From: Octopus vulgaris
Taxonomy: Eukaryota
Direction of reading: 5' to 3'
Assembly (NCBI GenBank): GCA_951406725.2
Contig: OX597828.1
Span: 52,886,001-52,950,000 of the forward strand
DNA: 64,000 nucleotides
Shown here: in pieces, positions 13,262 through 26,262 of the stretch
Position numbering within the stretch: the first letter of the stretch is position 1
How the letters are laid out: each line of letters starts with the position of its first letter
Translations under genes and position numbers: made by a program
Notes under the pieces: model-generated
Seen by the model: only the letters and a program-made list of their open reading frames with translations
What the model was told of the DNA's origin: nothing
Database searches by the model: none

Positions 13262-13262
<1 letters not shown>
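12862..13262. mobile_element. Fold-back Penelope-type pLTR remnant (125-bp inverted arms, 81-bp spacer, 70-bp tail) in (TA)n
   Basis: 12932-13056 is the reverse complement of 13138-13262; each arm carries a hammerhead motif; same family as 23146-23372. Confidence 0.8.
13187..13234 (+). ncRNA. Type I minimal hammerhead ribozyme-like motif (mirror copy at 12960-13007 on -)
   Basis: AAAAACTGT-CTGATGA-ACGGCAACGA-GAAA-CTCAGAG-TA-ACAGATTTT. Stem I CTGT/ACAG plus AAAA/TTTT, stem II CG-GCAA-CG, stem III CTC/GAG, GUA triplet. Confidence 0.75.
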
Positions 13263-13323
<61 letters not shown>

Positions 13324-14454
13324 GCACACATTATACACACACACACATACACACACACACACAGACACACTCGCGCTGACTCATATATTTCATGTGGGTA
13401 GTGAGTTTATATACTTGTGTATATGTATGCGTATGTATATATATGTATATATATATATATTTTTGTATGTATTTGCATGTATATGTATGTGTTTGTATGA
13501 ATTTGTCTGTATATGTATGTATTTGTGTTTCTGTGTTTGTCCCCTCACCATCGCTCGACAACTGATGTCGATGTGTTTATGTCCCCATAACTCAGCGGTT
13601 CGGCAAAAGAGACCGATAGAATAAGTGCTGGCCGCAGTCAAATGAATGAAACAAGTAAAAGAAAAAAAAGAAAAAATGTATGCATGTATATGTGTGTGTG
13701 CATACATACACACACACACACACATATATATATGTACACATATACATACAAATATATAAATATATATATGTATATATGTACATGTATATACAATTATATA
13801 TATATACATATATATATATGTATATAATTGTATATATATATATATGTGTATACATATATATATGTACATATATATATATATATATGTATATAATTGTATA
13901 TATATGTGTATACATACATATGTATATATATATATATATATAGATATACATAAATACATATATATATATGTATGTACATATTTGTATATATATGTGCATA
14001 CATACATTTATATATATATATATCCATTACCGTTTCATGCACAAACAATTTGAGTCAGAACATCATTCATACACCTCCGCACCTCATCCATACAACAACA
14101 ACACCCCGTACCACCCCTATACTACCCGCCATCCCGACACCAACAATGCTGCGCACACAAACCGTATAATGTACAAATTGACCGCACCTAGTGACAAGAT
14201 CTGTCTGTTCAACTTCTACTATCCATTGCTACCAGGAACAACGTGCAAATATTTAGTTGTGTACGTAAATAAATACATACGTGTGCGTGTGGGGTGCGAC
14301 GGCGGGCGATAGGGGGTATCGGCGTGGAGTGTACCTGGGTGTGTACATACACATGCATAGGTACGTTTATATATGGATAGGCATATACGGTTTTGAATAT
14401 GTTTCTGTATACAATACAATACACACATATACGTACACACAGAAACGCAGAGAC

Positions 14455-14603
<149 letters not shown>

Positions 14604-14734
14604 ATGAAGCTGTGCGTGTGAGAAAAGTTGTGGTTTTACTTTCATACATCTTAGTAATGGAGATAGAGTCGGTTTCGAATCCAGCAAGAATCGGTTTCAT
14701 TGTAAATTCAACATCCTTTACGAAGAAATTACAT

Positions 14735-15027
14735 AGGCGTAGGAGTGGCTGTGTGGTATGTTGCTTGCTTACCACCCACATGGTTCCGAGTTCAGTCCCA
14801 TTGCATGGCACCTTGGGCAAGTGTCTTCTACTATAGCCTCGGGCCGACCAAAAGTATATATATATAAACATGACGGGCTTCTCTCAGTTTCTGTGTATCA
14901 AATCGATCCACAAAGCTTTGGTGGGCTCGATGATATAGTAGAAAACACTTACCCCAGATGCCATGCAGTAGGACTGAACCCGGATACATGTGGTTGGGAG
15001 GGAAGCTTCTTGCCACACACTCATTAC

Positions 15028-15059
<32 letters not shown>

Positions 15060-15540
15060 AACACACACATATAAATCGACCCCAGGTGTTATTCTTTGTA
15101 AGCCTAGTACTTATTCAATCGGCCCTCTTTTGCCGAACTGCTCAGTTACGTGGACGTAGACACACCAGCATCCCCGTAACGCAGCGGCTCGGCAAAAGGG
15201 AACCGACAGAGTAAGTACAGAGCTTTAAAACAAAGTAAATACACGTGTTGATACATTCGACTAATATTTCTAAACGGTACCCCAGCATGGCCGCAGTCAA
15301 ATGACTGAAACAAGGAATGTATATATTTGTGTGTGTGTGTTTGATTTTGTATCTGTCCCCACGCCACTTGAAAACCGGTGTTCGTTTCTTTACGTCACCG
15401 TAACCTAGCAGTTTAGCAAAGGACTGATATAATAATATCAGACTAAAAAACCCCATCTACTGGGGTCGATTGATCGATTAAAACCCTTTAAGGCTCCGGC
15501 GCACTCGCCATCGCCGCAGTCGAATGACTGAAGCGAGTGA
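14735..15540. mobile_element. Jumbled cluster of SINE family A fragments in both orientations
   Basis: Head (+) at 14735-14850, head (-) at 14870-15020, and body fragments to 15540. Confidence 0.8.
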
Positions 15541-16013
15541 CATAAAACGTACCCTTTCTTTTACCTACAAGCTTTCTGGGAGGTTTTACTACTTTTTCGA
15601 GAGCACGTGGAGGCTACGTCATTAACCTGACCGTGAATATATTGTCTGTCTGTGCGTCTCACTTTGTTAATAGGGAACGGTTCAATCAGTGCAGTAATTA
15701 TCACCCGTCACGAATGTTCACGGTGTCGTGATTGCATTTACCTACCGCCTTTCTACCCCTTTACCACCCTTATGTCTAGGAGACGTGCCTCACATCTCTC
15801 TCTCCCTCACTCCTCTATATCTCTTCCTCTTTCTGTGGTTTTGACTATTCTTTCGGCGTGTAAAAGACCGTGTGCCTGTAATGAGTCATACATTTATATA
15901 TTCTATACATGCACACACACACACACTTATACATACATATATATATACATGCATATATATATATATATATACATATATGCACATACACACACTTATACAT
16001 ACATATATATACA

Positions 16014-16068
<55 letters not shown>

Positions 16069-16305
16069 GCACATACATATACGCACACATTATATATATA
16101 TATGTGTGTGTGTGTATGTGTATTCTTTTATTCCATTACTTGTTTCAGTCATTTGACTGCGGCCATGCTGGATCACCACCTTAAACCGTTTTTTTAGTAG
16201 AAGAAAGTGACCCCAGGACTTATTCTTTTTAGACCTAGTACTTACTCTAAATACACCAACATCGGTTATCAAAGACAGACACAAAGATACACACACATAT
16301 ATATA

Positions 16306-16337
<32 letters not shown>

Positions 16338-16339
16338 GA

Positions 16340-16585
16340 AGGAGAAGCACTCCGTCGGTTACGATGAGGAGGGTCACAACTGATACGATCAACGGAACAG
16401 CTTGCTCGTGAGCACTCCATGAACACCTGTACCGCTACGTAGTTCGCAAAGGAGATTCAGTGTGACACAAAGTGTGACAAGGCCGGCCCTTTGAAATACA
16501 GGTACAACTCATTTTTGCCAGCTGAGTGGACTGGAGCAACGTGAAATAATGGGTCTTGCTCAAGGACATAACGCGTTGCCAGGAA
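16340..16585 (-). mobile_element. SINE related to family C with a different tail
   Basis: Shares CAGCTGAGTGGACTGGAGCAACGTGAAAT...CTTGCTCAAGGAC with the family C core (reverse complement). Confidence 0.7.
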
Positions 16586-16586
16586 T

Positions 16587-17052
16587 TTGCAAACAACTCT
16601 GTTTCCATAGTAACTAAAGATGATGTGCATGCGCACAAGGAGTGTAACTACTACGTGTTCCATAACTGTTTGCCCCCCCCCCCCCTATCCCTTTCTCGCT
16701 ACTGTGACAGTTGATAGTAAGAGGCAGCGAACACGCTGTTTTCTGATTGGCTGAAAATTCTAAAAATTATCAAACTTCGAACGCCTGTAACATTTTCGGA
16801 AAAATTGTTACAGCATCTTTAGTTACTATGGAAACAGAGTTCTTTGCAAATACGTGGTGGTTACACTTCTTTGCTTACTATGCTAACTTCAAGGTGATGT
16901 TTAAAAAAACTCGCTTCTAATTGGCTAAAATACCCGAATTTTGCAAATTTTAAAGGCTAATAACTTTTTAATTATAAACTTATAGGGAAAATGATTTTCA
17001 TTTCCATAATTAGTATACAAAACTTAATCCATATACCAAATTTGAAAACAAT
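16587..17052. mobile_element. Unclassified non-autonomous DNA-element remnant with a 37-bp internal inverted repeat
   Basis: TTTGCAAACAACTCTGTTTCCATAGTAACTAAAGATG at 16587 is inverted at about 16814-16850. 16915-17052 recurs inverted at about 26900-27040. Confidence 0.6.
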
Positions 17053-17054
17053 AC

Positions 17055-17276
17055 TCTTTCACTTGTTTCAGTCATTTGACTACGACCATGCTGGAGCACC
17101 GCCTTTAGTCGAGCAAATCTACCCCAGGACTTATTCTTTGTAAGCCTAGTACATATTCTATCGGTCTCTTTTGCCGAACCGCTAACCTACGGGGACGTAA
17201 ACACACCAGTATCGGTTGTCAAGCGATGTTGGGGAGAAAAGCACAGACACACAAATATATACACACACATACAAAC

Positions 17277-17359
<83 letters not shown>

Positions 17360-17537
17360 CATATTCATATATACGACGAGCTTCTTCAGTTTCCGTCAAC
17401 CAAATTCACTCACAAGGCTTTTGGTGGGCCCGAGGCTATAGACGAAGACACTTGCCTAAGATGTCACGCAGTGGGACTGAACCCGGAACCATGTGGCTGG
17501 TAAGCAAGCTACTCACCACACAGCCACTCCTGCGCCT
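17055..17537 (-). mobile_element. SINE family A, near full length
   Basis: Tail, body, (TA)n and head ending CCACTCCTGCGCCT. Confidence 0.92.
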
Positions 17538-17954
17538 ACAATTCGAACAAAATTGGAGATAGCGATCCAAACCACAAAGATCCGAAAGTATTTTATGTAG
17601 ACAAGTAGCTATAATGTGGCAGGTAAGACATTGGTAGGTAAAAAGAAAAGACAATAAGACCCGTTGAAATTCATAGGTAAACTACGGTCTCAGGCAACTA
17701 AGGAAGTTGATAAGTGCATCAGTTAGATAGACAGATAAGGAAGGTCGGTGAGTAAAATGGAGGTGATGTTTAGCAGAAGTAAGTAGTTTGTTTGGATATT
17801 TCTCCCCATATCTTGATCTATGTTCCGCTTGGTTAGATTTATACAACTAGGTGTGCTCAATCAATCGGAACTGCTCACACTTCCTATGTAAATTTAAATA
17901 GATGGATGTATTGACGGGTTGTACCACTGACGACAATGGTGTTAGTGTTAGTGT

Positions 17955-18024
<70 letters not shown>

Positions 18025-18033
18025 TGTAGTAAC

Positions 18034-18083
<50 letters not shown>

Positions 18084-18499
18084 ACGGTGGTGTCGGTGGT
18101 GAATGCGTCCTTCATGTGACAGGACTGCAGATATAGATTTATGGTAATTATGATAATTTTATTGTTAATACTGCTTGTTGCAGAAATTCTCGCTTAGATC
18201 CAAGTCGGTTTTGATAAAGCGGAACCTTTGATCATATGCTTTGCATCCATGACCATCACATACCTTTTGGGTATCAACGATTATGTTGTCCAACATGCCT
18301 TTCCAAACTTTAGAAAATTAGGCTTTCAATTGACAGAGATTTGGCTGCTATTTCTAACAGGTCTTCGTCGCTAGCGCGTTGCCAATGATGTTTAACCCAA
18401 GATCATTCCTGTTAAAGGAGATCTATTATTAAAGGCGTTCCATCCTTGGCAATCCTGTAATTTTTTTTAGTTTCAAACTTATATTTCTGAAATATCAAA

Positions 18500-18658
18500 T
18501 AGACGTGGCTGTGTGGTAAGAAGCTTGCTTACCAACCGCGTGGTTCCGAGGTCAGTCTCACTGCATGGTACCTTGGGCAAGTGTCTTCTACTATAGCCTC
18601 GGGCCGACCAAACCCTTATGAGTGGATTTGGCTAAGGGAAACTGAAAGAAGCCTGTCG

Positions 18659-18711
<53 letters not shown>

Positions 18712-18920
18712 ATCTATATGCGCGTGTGTGTCTTTGTGTGTGCGTTTGTCCCCCACTACCGCTTGACAACCGATGTTCTTGTATTTACGTCCTCGTAACT
18801 TAGCGGCTCGGCAAAAGAGACAGATAGATTAAGTCAATTTACTCGAGTAAAACCCTTCAAGGCGTTGCTCCAGCTTGGTCGCAGTCAAATGACCGAAACA
18901 AGTAAAAACTAAAAGATAGA
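18500..18920 (+). mobile_element. SINE family A
   Basis: Head-to-tail match to the other family A copies. Confidence 0.88.
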
Positions 18921-19744
18921 AGATAAATGCTTCCTAACAATTTGGCTGCTATTACTAGCAGCTCGTGTTTTGGTATAGAGGCCCTTTTGTTAGCATATTG
19001 CTATTGTTTTAGTTGTTGTTTTGTTGTTTAGCCATCGGTCAACTTGTCAACATAAAAACAAGCGACGCAGTGTAGCGTGACGTAGTGAGGTGCAGGGGTG
19101 TGTGATGGACAAGTAAAGCGAAGTACGGTGTGATGTACTGCGGGGTTGACGTGGACTTGTGGAGTGAGGTTAACGAACAAGGTTACGGTAATAAATATAA
19201 GCATCGTGTTATGTTTAGAAAACAAATGGATTTTAGAAACGTAGATCGTTCATTTACACATATTCAGACACCGTCGCAGGTACACACGATCGCAGAAACA
19301 AACGGCACAGCAGGACATCGGTGGTGTCTCATGCATATTTGAATAGTGAGATTCATGTTTGCATAAATGCATAAAGGAACACGTTCCCCAACTGTAAATT
19401 ATATAATTATAATGTTGTGTGTATTTATCAATATATATATATATATATCTCACACACACACACACACACACTCACATAGAAATTTGTGTATATCTTTTAT
19501 ATCTTTTACTGGTTTCAGTCATTAAACTGCGACCATTCTATGACACTACCTTGAATATTTAGCCGAATGAATCGACTACAGCATTTATTTTTCTAAGCCG
19601 TTTTTCTCCTATCGATGCCTTGGAAGCTATAGCAAAAGACACTTACCCAATGTGCTACTTAGTGGGACTGAACCTTGAACCATGAGGCTGGGAAGCAAGC
19701 TTCTTACCACACAGCTACGCCGATGCGCGCGCACACACAAACGC

Positions 19745-19802
<58 letters not shown>

Positions 19803-19805
19803 CTA

Positions 19806-19862
<57 letters not shown>

Positions 19863-19896
19863 CGTTCTTGTCCCATTTTGTATTTTTATGTATTTT

Positions 19897-19926
<30 letters not shown>

Positions 19927-19927
<1 letters not shown>

Positions 19928-20820
19928 GGGGGTCTGATCAATAAGTGTCCGAACTGTTTTCATAGTAAGGAAGCTAAAGTATGCAGAGAAAAACCGTTTG
20001 GCAGAGATTGACCTTGAACTCTACTGCGCATGTGCACTAAGTTTCAACGTTCTAGCTCACTTCTGCTGTTTATACCAGTGCTTGGAAGGAAGGTGTGTAG
20101 CGTGTGATCGGTGCATTGACAATGACAGAGAAAGTTATGGAGATACTTACTCAGAGACCTACACAAAGTTGCAGAAAGTGTGTGGAGAGAAGTGTATGAG
20201 CCGGACACAAGTGTACGAGTGGTTCAGACGTTTCCAAGATGGCCGAAAAAATGTCGATATTGACGGACGTTCTGGGAGACCTGCAACCAGCAGAAGTGAG
20301 AAAAACATCACAGATGTACATGCAGCTGTGAAGGGAAATCAACGAATCACTATTCGTGAGTTATTAGAGGATGTGCAACTTAGTTACGGTTCAGTTCAGT
20401 CCATTATCTCTGAAGATTTGGGTATGAGACGCATGTCTGCTAAGTTTGTGCCAAAACTGCTTTCAGCTGACCAAAAAAGACGCTCAGGTTTCAGCTCAAC
20501 AAGATCTGCTTGATTGGATCGAGAACGATGAAAACTATTTGAAAACTTTGCGAAGGTCTCTGAGTAGGAAACGCCAAGCGTTTGGCAAAATTTGTAGCAG
20601 ATTCTCTGCGCATCTTTCTCTGTCATGATCAATGCGACGATCACACGCTACACACCTTCCTTCCAAGCACTACTGCAAGCAGTGGAAGTGAGTTAGAACG
20701 TTGAAACTTGGTGCGCATGCAGAGCAGAAATTAAGGTCAATCTGTGCCAAGCAGCTTTACCCTACGTGCTTTAGCTTCGTTACTATGGTAACAGTCGGGA
20801 TACTCATTGATCAGACCACG
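19927..20820. mobile_element. Mariner derivative with about 250-280 bp inverted arms and TA target duplication
   Basis: TIRs CGGGGGTCTGATCAATAAG / CTCATTGATCAGACCACG flanked by TA. Internal peptide SRTQVYEWFRRFQDGR...SGRP...SAKFVPKLLS is the mariner N-terminus. Confidence 0.92.
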
Positions 20821-20834
20821 TATATCTTTTTCCC

Positions 20835-21220
20835 GCTCTTTTTACTTGTTTCAGCCATTAGAGTGCGGTCATGCTGGGGCACACCGCCTTGAAGAACTTT
20901 TAGTCAAATGACACGACCTCAGAATTTTCTTTTAAGCCTACAACTCACTTTATTGGTTTGTGTTGCCGAACCGCTATTTCACAGGCAGGTAAACACACCA
21001 ACACCGGTTGTCAAGCAGCGGTAGGGGTCAAACACAGACACACATACATACATATGAATGTGTGTGTGTGTTCAACGGGCTTCTTTCAGTCACCGTCTAC
21101 CAAATTCACTCACGAAACTTTGGTCGGGCCGAGGTTACAGTAGAAGACCCTTGCTTAAAATGCCACACAGGGAAACAGAACCCGGAACCATGTGGATGGG
21201 AAGTAAGTTTCTTACCACAA
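20835..21220 (-). mobile_element. SINE family A (diverged)
   Basis: Reverse complement of family body and head. Confidence 0.8.
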
Positions 21221-21275
21221 CACACACACACACATACACACACATACAAATATATACATATACTTTTGAGCAAGG

Positions 21276-21330
<55 letters not shown>

Positions 21331-21423
21331 CAGCCTTGCTCAAAAGTATATGTATATATATATACACACACACACACAAATATATATATATATATATATA
21401 CTTTTGGCCAAGGCTGTATTTAA

Positions 21424-21466
<43 letters not shown>

Positions 21467-21528
21467 GATATATATATATATATATGTCTTCTAAATGTTT
21501 TACGTTCTTGTCCCAGTTTGTATTTTTC

Positions 21529-21581
<53 letters not shown>

Positions 21582-21889
21582 CGTATGTATGGTGGAGTGA
21601 ATGTATGTATATGCTGAATACAGTTGTCAGCAGTCCAGCCAAGGGGAAACTCAGAGCTGACACACATGTCATATCAGTATATTTCTGTGTGTGTGCGTGT
21701 GTGTGTGAGTTCCTTTCTTTTGTTCTTCCTGCTTCAAGTCTTCTCCTCCTGATGGAGTCAAAGAGGCACGACGAAGCGACGTGTCTTTGTCTTTCATCTA
21801 TTATCTGCCAATCAGGTGGGGGTTTTCCTTGCTCCCTCTACCACCTGTTTCCGTCTGGCCACAACAAATTTCTCCAACAGATGAGAAAT

Positions 21890-22126
21890 AAATAAAGAAA
21901 GAAAGAAAGAAAGAAAGAAGGAAAGAAAGAAGTAAAGAAAGAAAGAAAGAAATAAGGAAAGAAAGAAAGAAAGAAAGAAAGAAGGAAGGAAGGAAAGAAA
22001 GAAAGAAAGAAAGAAGGAAGGAAGGAAAGAAAGAAAGAAGGAAAGAAAGAAAGAAAGAAAGGAAGAAAGAAAGAAAGGAAGAAAGAAAGAAGGAAGGAAA
22101 GAAAGAAAGAAAGAAGGAAAGAGGGA

Positions 22127-22190
<64 letters not shown>

Positions 22191-22232
22191 AGGAAGGAAA
22201 GAAAGAAAGAAAGAAAGAAGGAAAGAAGGAAA
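21890..22232 (+). repeat. (AAAG/AAGG)n polypurine tract
   Basis: About 340 bp of almost pure purine repeat. Confidence 0.95.
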
Positions 22233-22706
22233 GCAGCGTTAGCTATTCTTATATTGTACTCTGAAAAGGTGAAGGTCACATTTGACATTAGAATGGGATT
22301 TGACATCAGAACGAATATTGCAAAGCGACCTGTTCAACGCCCTAATGACTCTCTCAACTCCCCGTATTTATATAAATACGTTCGAATACGTATTTATAAA
22401 TACTGAATATAAAGAATATAGACAATTCCTTTTTCTTCCAAAACATCTTGTTTGCAATTTAATACCGCCAGTCCTCGTCTGCAGGCAAGAGAGCCAGTAT
22501 ACAAAATGGAATTGAGGACTTTTATTTTTAAATTTTATTTTCGATGCTGAAAATGTAAGTTTACAAAGTTTTAAAGAGGAAAACAGAGGCCCCAGCTTCC
22601 ACACTAAAAAATGTTAACTTCTGCGAATAGACGAATAGATTCCAAAATATTACTGGTTCTTAAATACCAGATGATAAAATAAAATGCTTGCAAAACTATT
22701 GTTTAG

Positions 22707-23110
22707 AAGGAGTGGCTGTGTGGTAAGTGGCTAGGCGCAGGAGTGGCTGTGTAGTAAGTAGCTTGCTAACCAACCATATGGTACCAGGTTCAGTCCCACT
22801 GCGTGGCATCTTGGGCAAGTGTCTTCTGCTATAGCCCCGGGCCGACCAATGCCTTGTGAAAGAAGCCTGTCGTATATATGTATATATATATATGTGTGTG
22901 CGTGTGTGTCTGTGTTTGTCCCCCTAGCATTGCTTGACAACCGATGCTGGTGTGTTTACGTCCCCGTTACTTAGCGGATCGGCAAAAGAGACCGATAGAA
23001 TAAGTACTGGGCTTACAAAGAATAAGTCCCGGGCTCGATTTGCTCGACTAAAGGCGGTGCTCCAGCATGGCCTCAGTCAAATGACTGAAACAAGTAAAAG
23101 AGAGTAAAGA

Positions 23111-23111
<1 letters not shown>
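22707..23111 (+). mobile_element. SINE family A with duplicated 5' head
   Basis: AGGAGTGGCTGTGT occurs twice in tandem before the body. Confidence 0.9.
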
Positions 23112-23145
<34 letters not shown>

Positions 23146-23146
<1 letters not shown>

Positions 23147-23372
23147 TTTATTTTAAGCAGCAGAAAATTCAACAAAATCTGTTACTCAGAGTTTCTCGTT
23201 GCCGTTCATCAGACAGTTTTTTCTAGCAAAAACTGTCTGATGAACGGCAACGAGAAACTCAGAGTAACAGATTTTGTTGAATTTTCTGCTGCTTAAAATA
23301 AAGCATATTACTCTACCACTGGTATTTGAGTACTCTTTTTTCCACCTTGTTTCACATTTATGTGTTTACTCC
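23146..23372. mobile_element. Fold-back Penelope-type pLTR remnant: 158-bp near-perfect palindrome plus 69-bp tail, in (TA)n
   Basis: 23146-23303 is self-complementary about CTAG (23223-23226). Hammerhead motifs at 23174-23221(-) and 23228-23275(+). Same family as 12862-13262. Confidence 0.82.
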
Positions 23373-23395
23373 GATATATATATATATATATATAT

Positions 23396-23763
23396 AGGCG
23401 TAGGAGTGACTGTGTGGTAAGTAGCTTGCTTACCAAGCACATGGTTCTGGGTTCAGACCCACTGCGTGGCACCTTGGGCAAGTGTCTTCTACTATAGCCT
23501 CGGGCAGACCAAAGCCTTGTGAGTGGATTTAGTAGACGGAAACTGAAAGAAGCCCGTCGTATATATGTATGTGTGTGTGTGTGTGTATACGTTTGTGGCT
23601 GTGTTTGTCCCCCCTCCAACATCACTTGACAACCGGTGGTGGTGTGTTTACGTCCCCGTAAGTAAGCGCTTCGTCATTAGAGACCGATAGAATAAGTACT
23701 AGGCTCGGCTAAAGGTGGTGATCCAGCATGGCCACAGTCAAATGACTGAAACAAGTAAAAGAG
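23396..23763 (+). mobile_element. SINE family A
   Basis: Head GGCGTAGGAGTGACTGTGTGG through tail GTAAAAGAG. Confidence 0.9.
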
Positions 23764-23770
23764 TATATAT

Positions 23771-24170
23771 AAATATTAGGGAATAAATCCAAACTTACAG
23801 GGAAAAATCAGATTTAGGATTGAATCCAATTTTATAGTAAAATATATTATATTAAATTAGAGACAAAACCACTATTAGGCAAATCATACAATGAAAAACT
23901 TAAGCCAATACATAAGATTATTTAATTTATATTATTTAAATATATAACAAAATTATTAAAAAAATATAATTAATATAACACTACGATCGCCATGACTGTA
24001 ACTCGAAAATTTAAAGAAATTAACAGCCATGAAACGATCGTAGTGTTATATTAATTATATTTTTTAATAATTTTGATATATATTTAAATAATATAAATTA
24101 AATAATCTTATGTATTGGCTTAAGTTTTTCATTGTATGATTTGCCTAATAGTGGTTTTATCTCTAATTTA

Positions 24171-24180
<10 letters not shown>
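23771..24180. mobile_element. Second fold-back family: AT-rich inverted arms of about 146 bp plus a tail of about 70 bp, in (TA)n
   Basis: 23843-23989 is the reverse complement of 24035-24180. The centre contains GAAA-CGATCG-TA, resembling the 3' half of a PLE-type hammerhead. Confidence 0.7.
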
Positions 24181-24238
<58 letters not shown>

Positions 24239-25780
24239 CTCTTTTACATTTTGATATTATATACAGTACAGTACTGTTTCTACTTCGCAGATTTTCACCT
24301 ATCGCAGGGGCTTTTGGAATGTAACACCCACGATAGTCATAGTATTACTTTATATAATATCAAAATGTTAAATTTCCAAAAACCGTGCGTCGATCCAAAT
24401 CCTTTGCAAAATACAATTACAACACTGTGCGTTCTGCGTTCGGAGTACACAGTGGTCAACTCTTTCATTATTCCTTTATCGATAAAATAAAGTACCAGCC
24501 AGGTAATAAGCTAGATTTGATCCACTAACCAGTCCGCAAAAATTTCTAGCCGTGCGCTGCTTTTAGAATTTAGTATTTCTATTTTGGGCGCTGAATGGCA
24601 GAATCGTTAGAGCATCGGTGTTCCTTCTAGTTCTTTATGTTCTGACTTCAAATCCGGCTGAGGTCAACTTTGATTTCCATCTTTTCAGCTTTGCGAGGGG
24701 CATTTGGTAGCGGAAACAAAATGCCCGTCCTATGTACGTATTTGTGTGTGTGTGTCTATGTGTATGTACTTGTCCTCCACCACCGCTTGACAACTTGACA
24801 GTTTGATGATTGTAAATTGGTAGATTATGTACTAAAAACAATTAGTATTGGGGTTGATTCGTTCGACTAAAATTCTTCACTTTGGGAACCACTAAACTTT
24901 ATTCGAACAAATCAAGTACATGTTTTTGTAAAAGTGGTACTTATTTTATCGGTCTCGTTTTCCCAAACTGCTAGGTTACGGGGACATAAATAAACCAACA
25001 CCGGTTGTCAAGCGGTGGGTAGAAGACGAAAGCACACGCATAGGTATACACATTTATGTACGACGGATTTCGTTTATATTCCATCTACCAAATCCACTCA
25101 CAAGGTTTAGTCGAGCCGAGGCTATAGTAGAAGAAACTTGTCCAAGGTGTCACGCAGTGGGATTGAACCCAGAACCATGTAGTTGGTAAACAAGCTACTT
25201 TCCACACAGCCACATGTATACATACCAAGCATGAGCAATTCTTTTCGAGAAGAGGGCTGTACTATTAAAAAAAACCATACCAAGGTTACTTTTTTCGTTA
25301 AAAAACTCCCGCGGGCCGCAGGTTGCGCATGGCTGATATATGCTTTTACATTTGTTGTTTATTAATACTTTTAGTATCTGTATTGGGAAGTTTCAGTTTC
25401 ATGACCTTTTGCACTTTTGACTTTTATAAATACTGACCTCAACTTAATGAATGATCTTTGACCTGAACGAAACCGTCTTTCATATTTATTCCGTACACCG
25501 AGTTGAAGCAATTGTTTTCAATTGATTTTATTTGGGATGTGGGGTTGGGGATGGGGTGAGGAGGCGGTGTCCGTTTCTCTATGAATATGTGTGCAGGTGT
25601 GTATACATGTGTGTGCGTGTGAGTATGTGTGTGTGTCCCTATGTCAATTCTGTGATTTCCCCTTTTGAATTTTCTCTATCTTACTTTCATATCCCACTGT
25701 GTACAACTCGCGCTGTACATACTAGTGCCCCTATGCTGCCTTTAGGCCTGCTAGAAATAGCAGCTAAATTCAGCAGACAT

Positions 25781-26262
25781 CATCATCATCAACATTGTTC
25801 GACCGTGGTCGAGACAATGGAATTTACCATGCTACGCCAGACTTCACAGTCCATCATGGCATTTCGGAGGTCCTGTTGCTGGATGCCTGTATCCCTGGAG
25901 ATTACATCAGGGTAGGAGAGTGTGCGCCCTCTGGTATTGCGAGTAGATGGCTTCCAGAGGAGAAGAGTAGAAATTACCTCTTTTTCAGCTTTCCAGCAAA
26001 CTGGACTCTCCTACCTTTCACAAGAGATGACACAGGTGGTAGTTTCCCATATATTTGCATTTTGGTTGGATGGCGCTTCCACGAGAGATTTTGAGCTCTC
26101 ATAAGGAGGCGAGTGTAGGTTCCATCCAACCGCCTCTCAAGCTTCTTTGATAACGTCCAGGTTTCTGAACCATATAGTAGAATTTGTTCGACTGTGGCTT
26201 TGAAGATTTCAAGTTTGAAGTCTCTACTTAGATTTGATGACCAGATCTTATGCATGTCATTA
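25781..26262 (-). mobile_element. RTE-type LINE 3' end with (TGA)n tail and 10-bp TSD
   Basis: ILLYGSETWTLSKKLERRLDGTYTRLL is an RTE-group signature. CAGCAGACAT is duplicated at 25771-25780 and 26263-26272. Confidence 0.92.
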
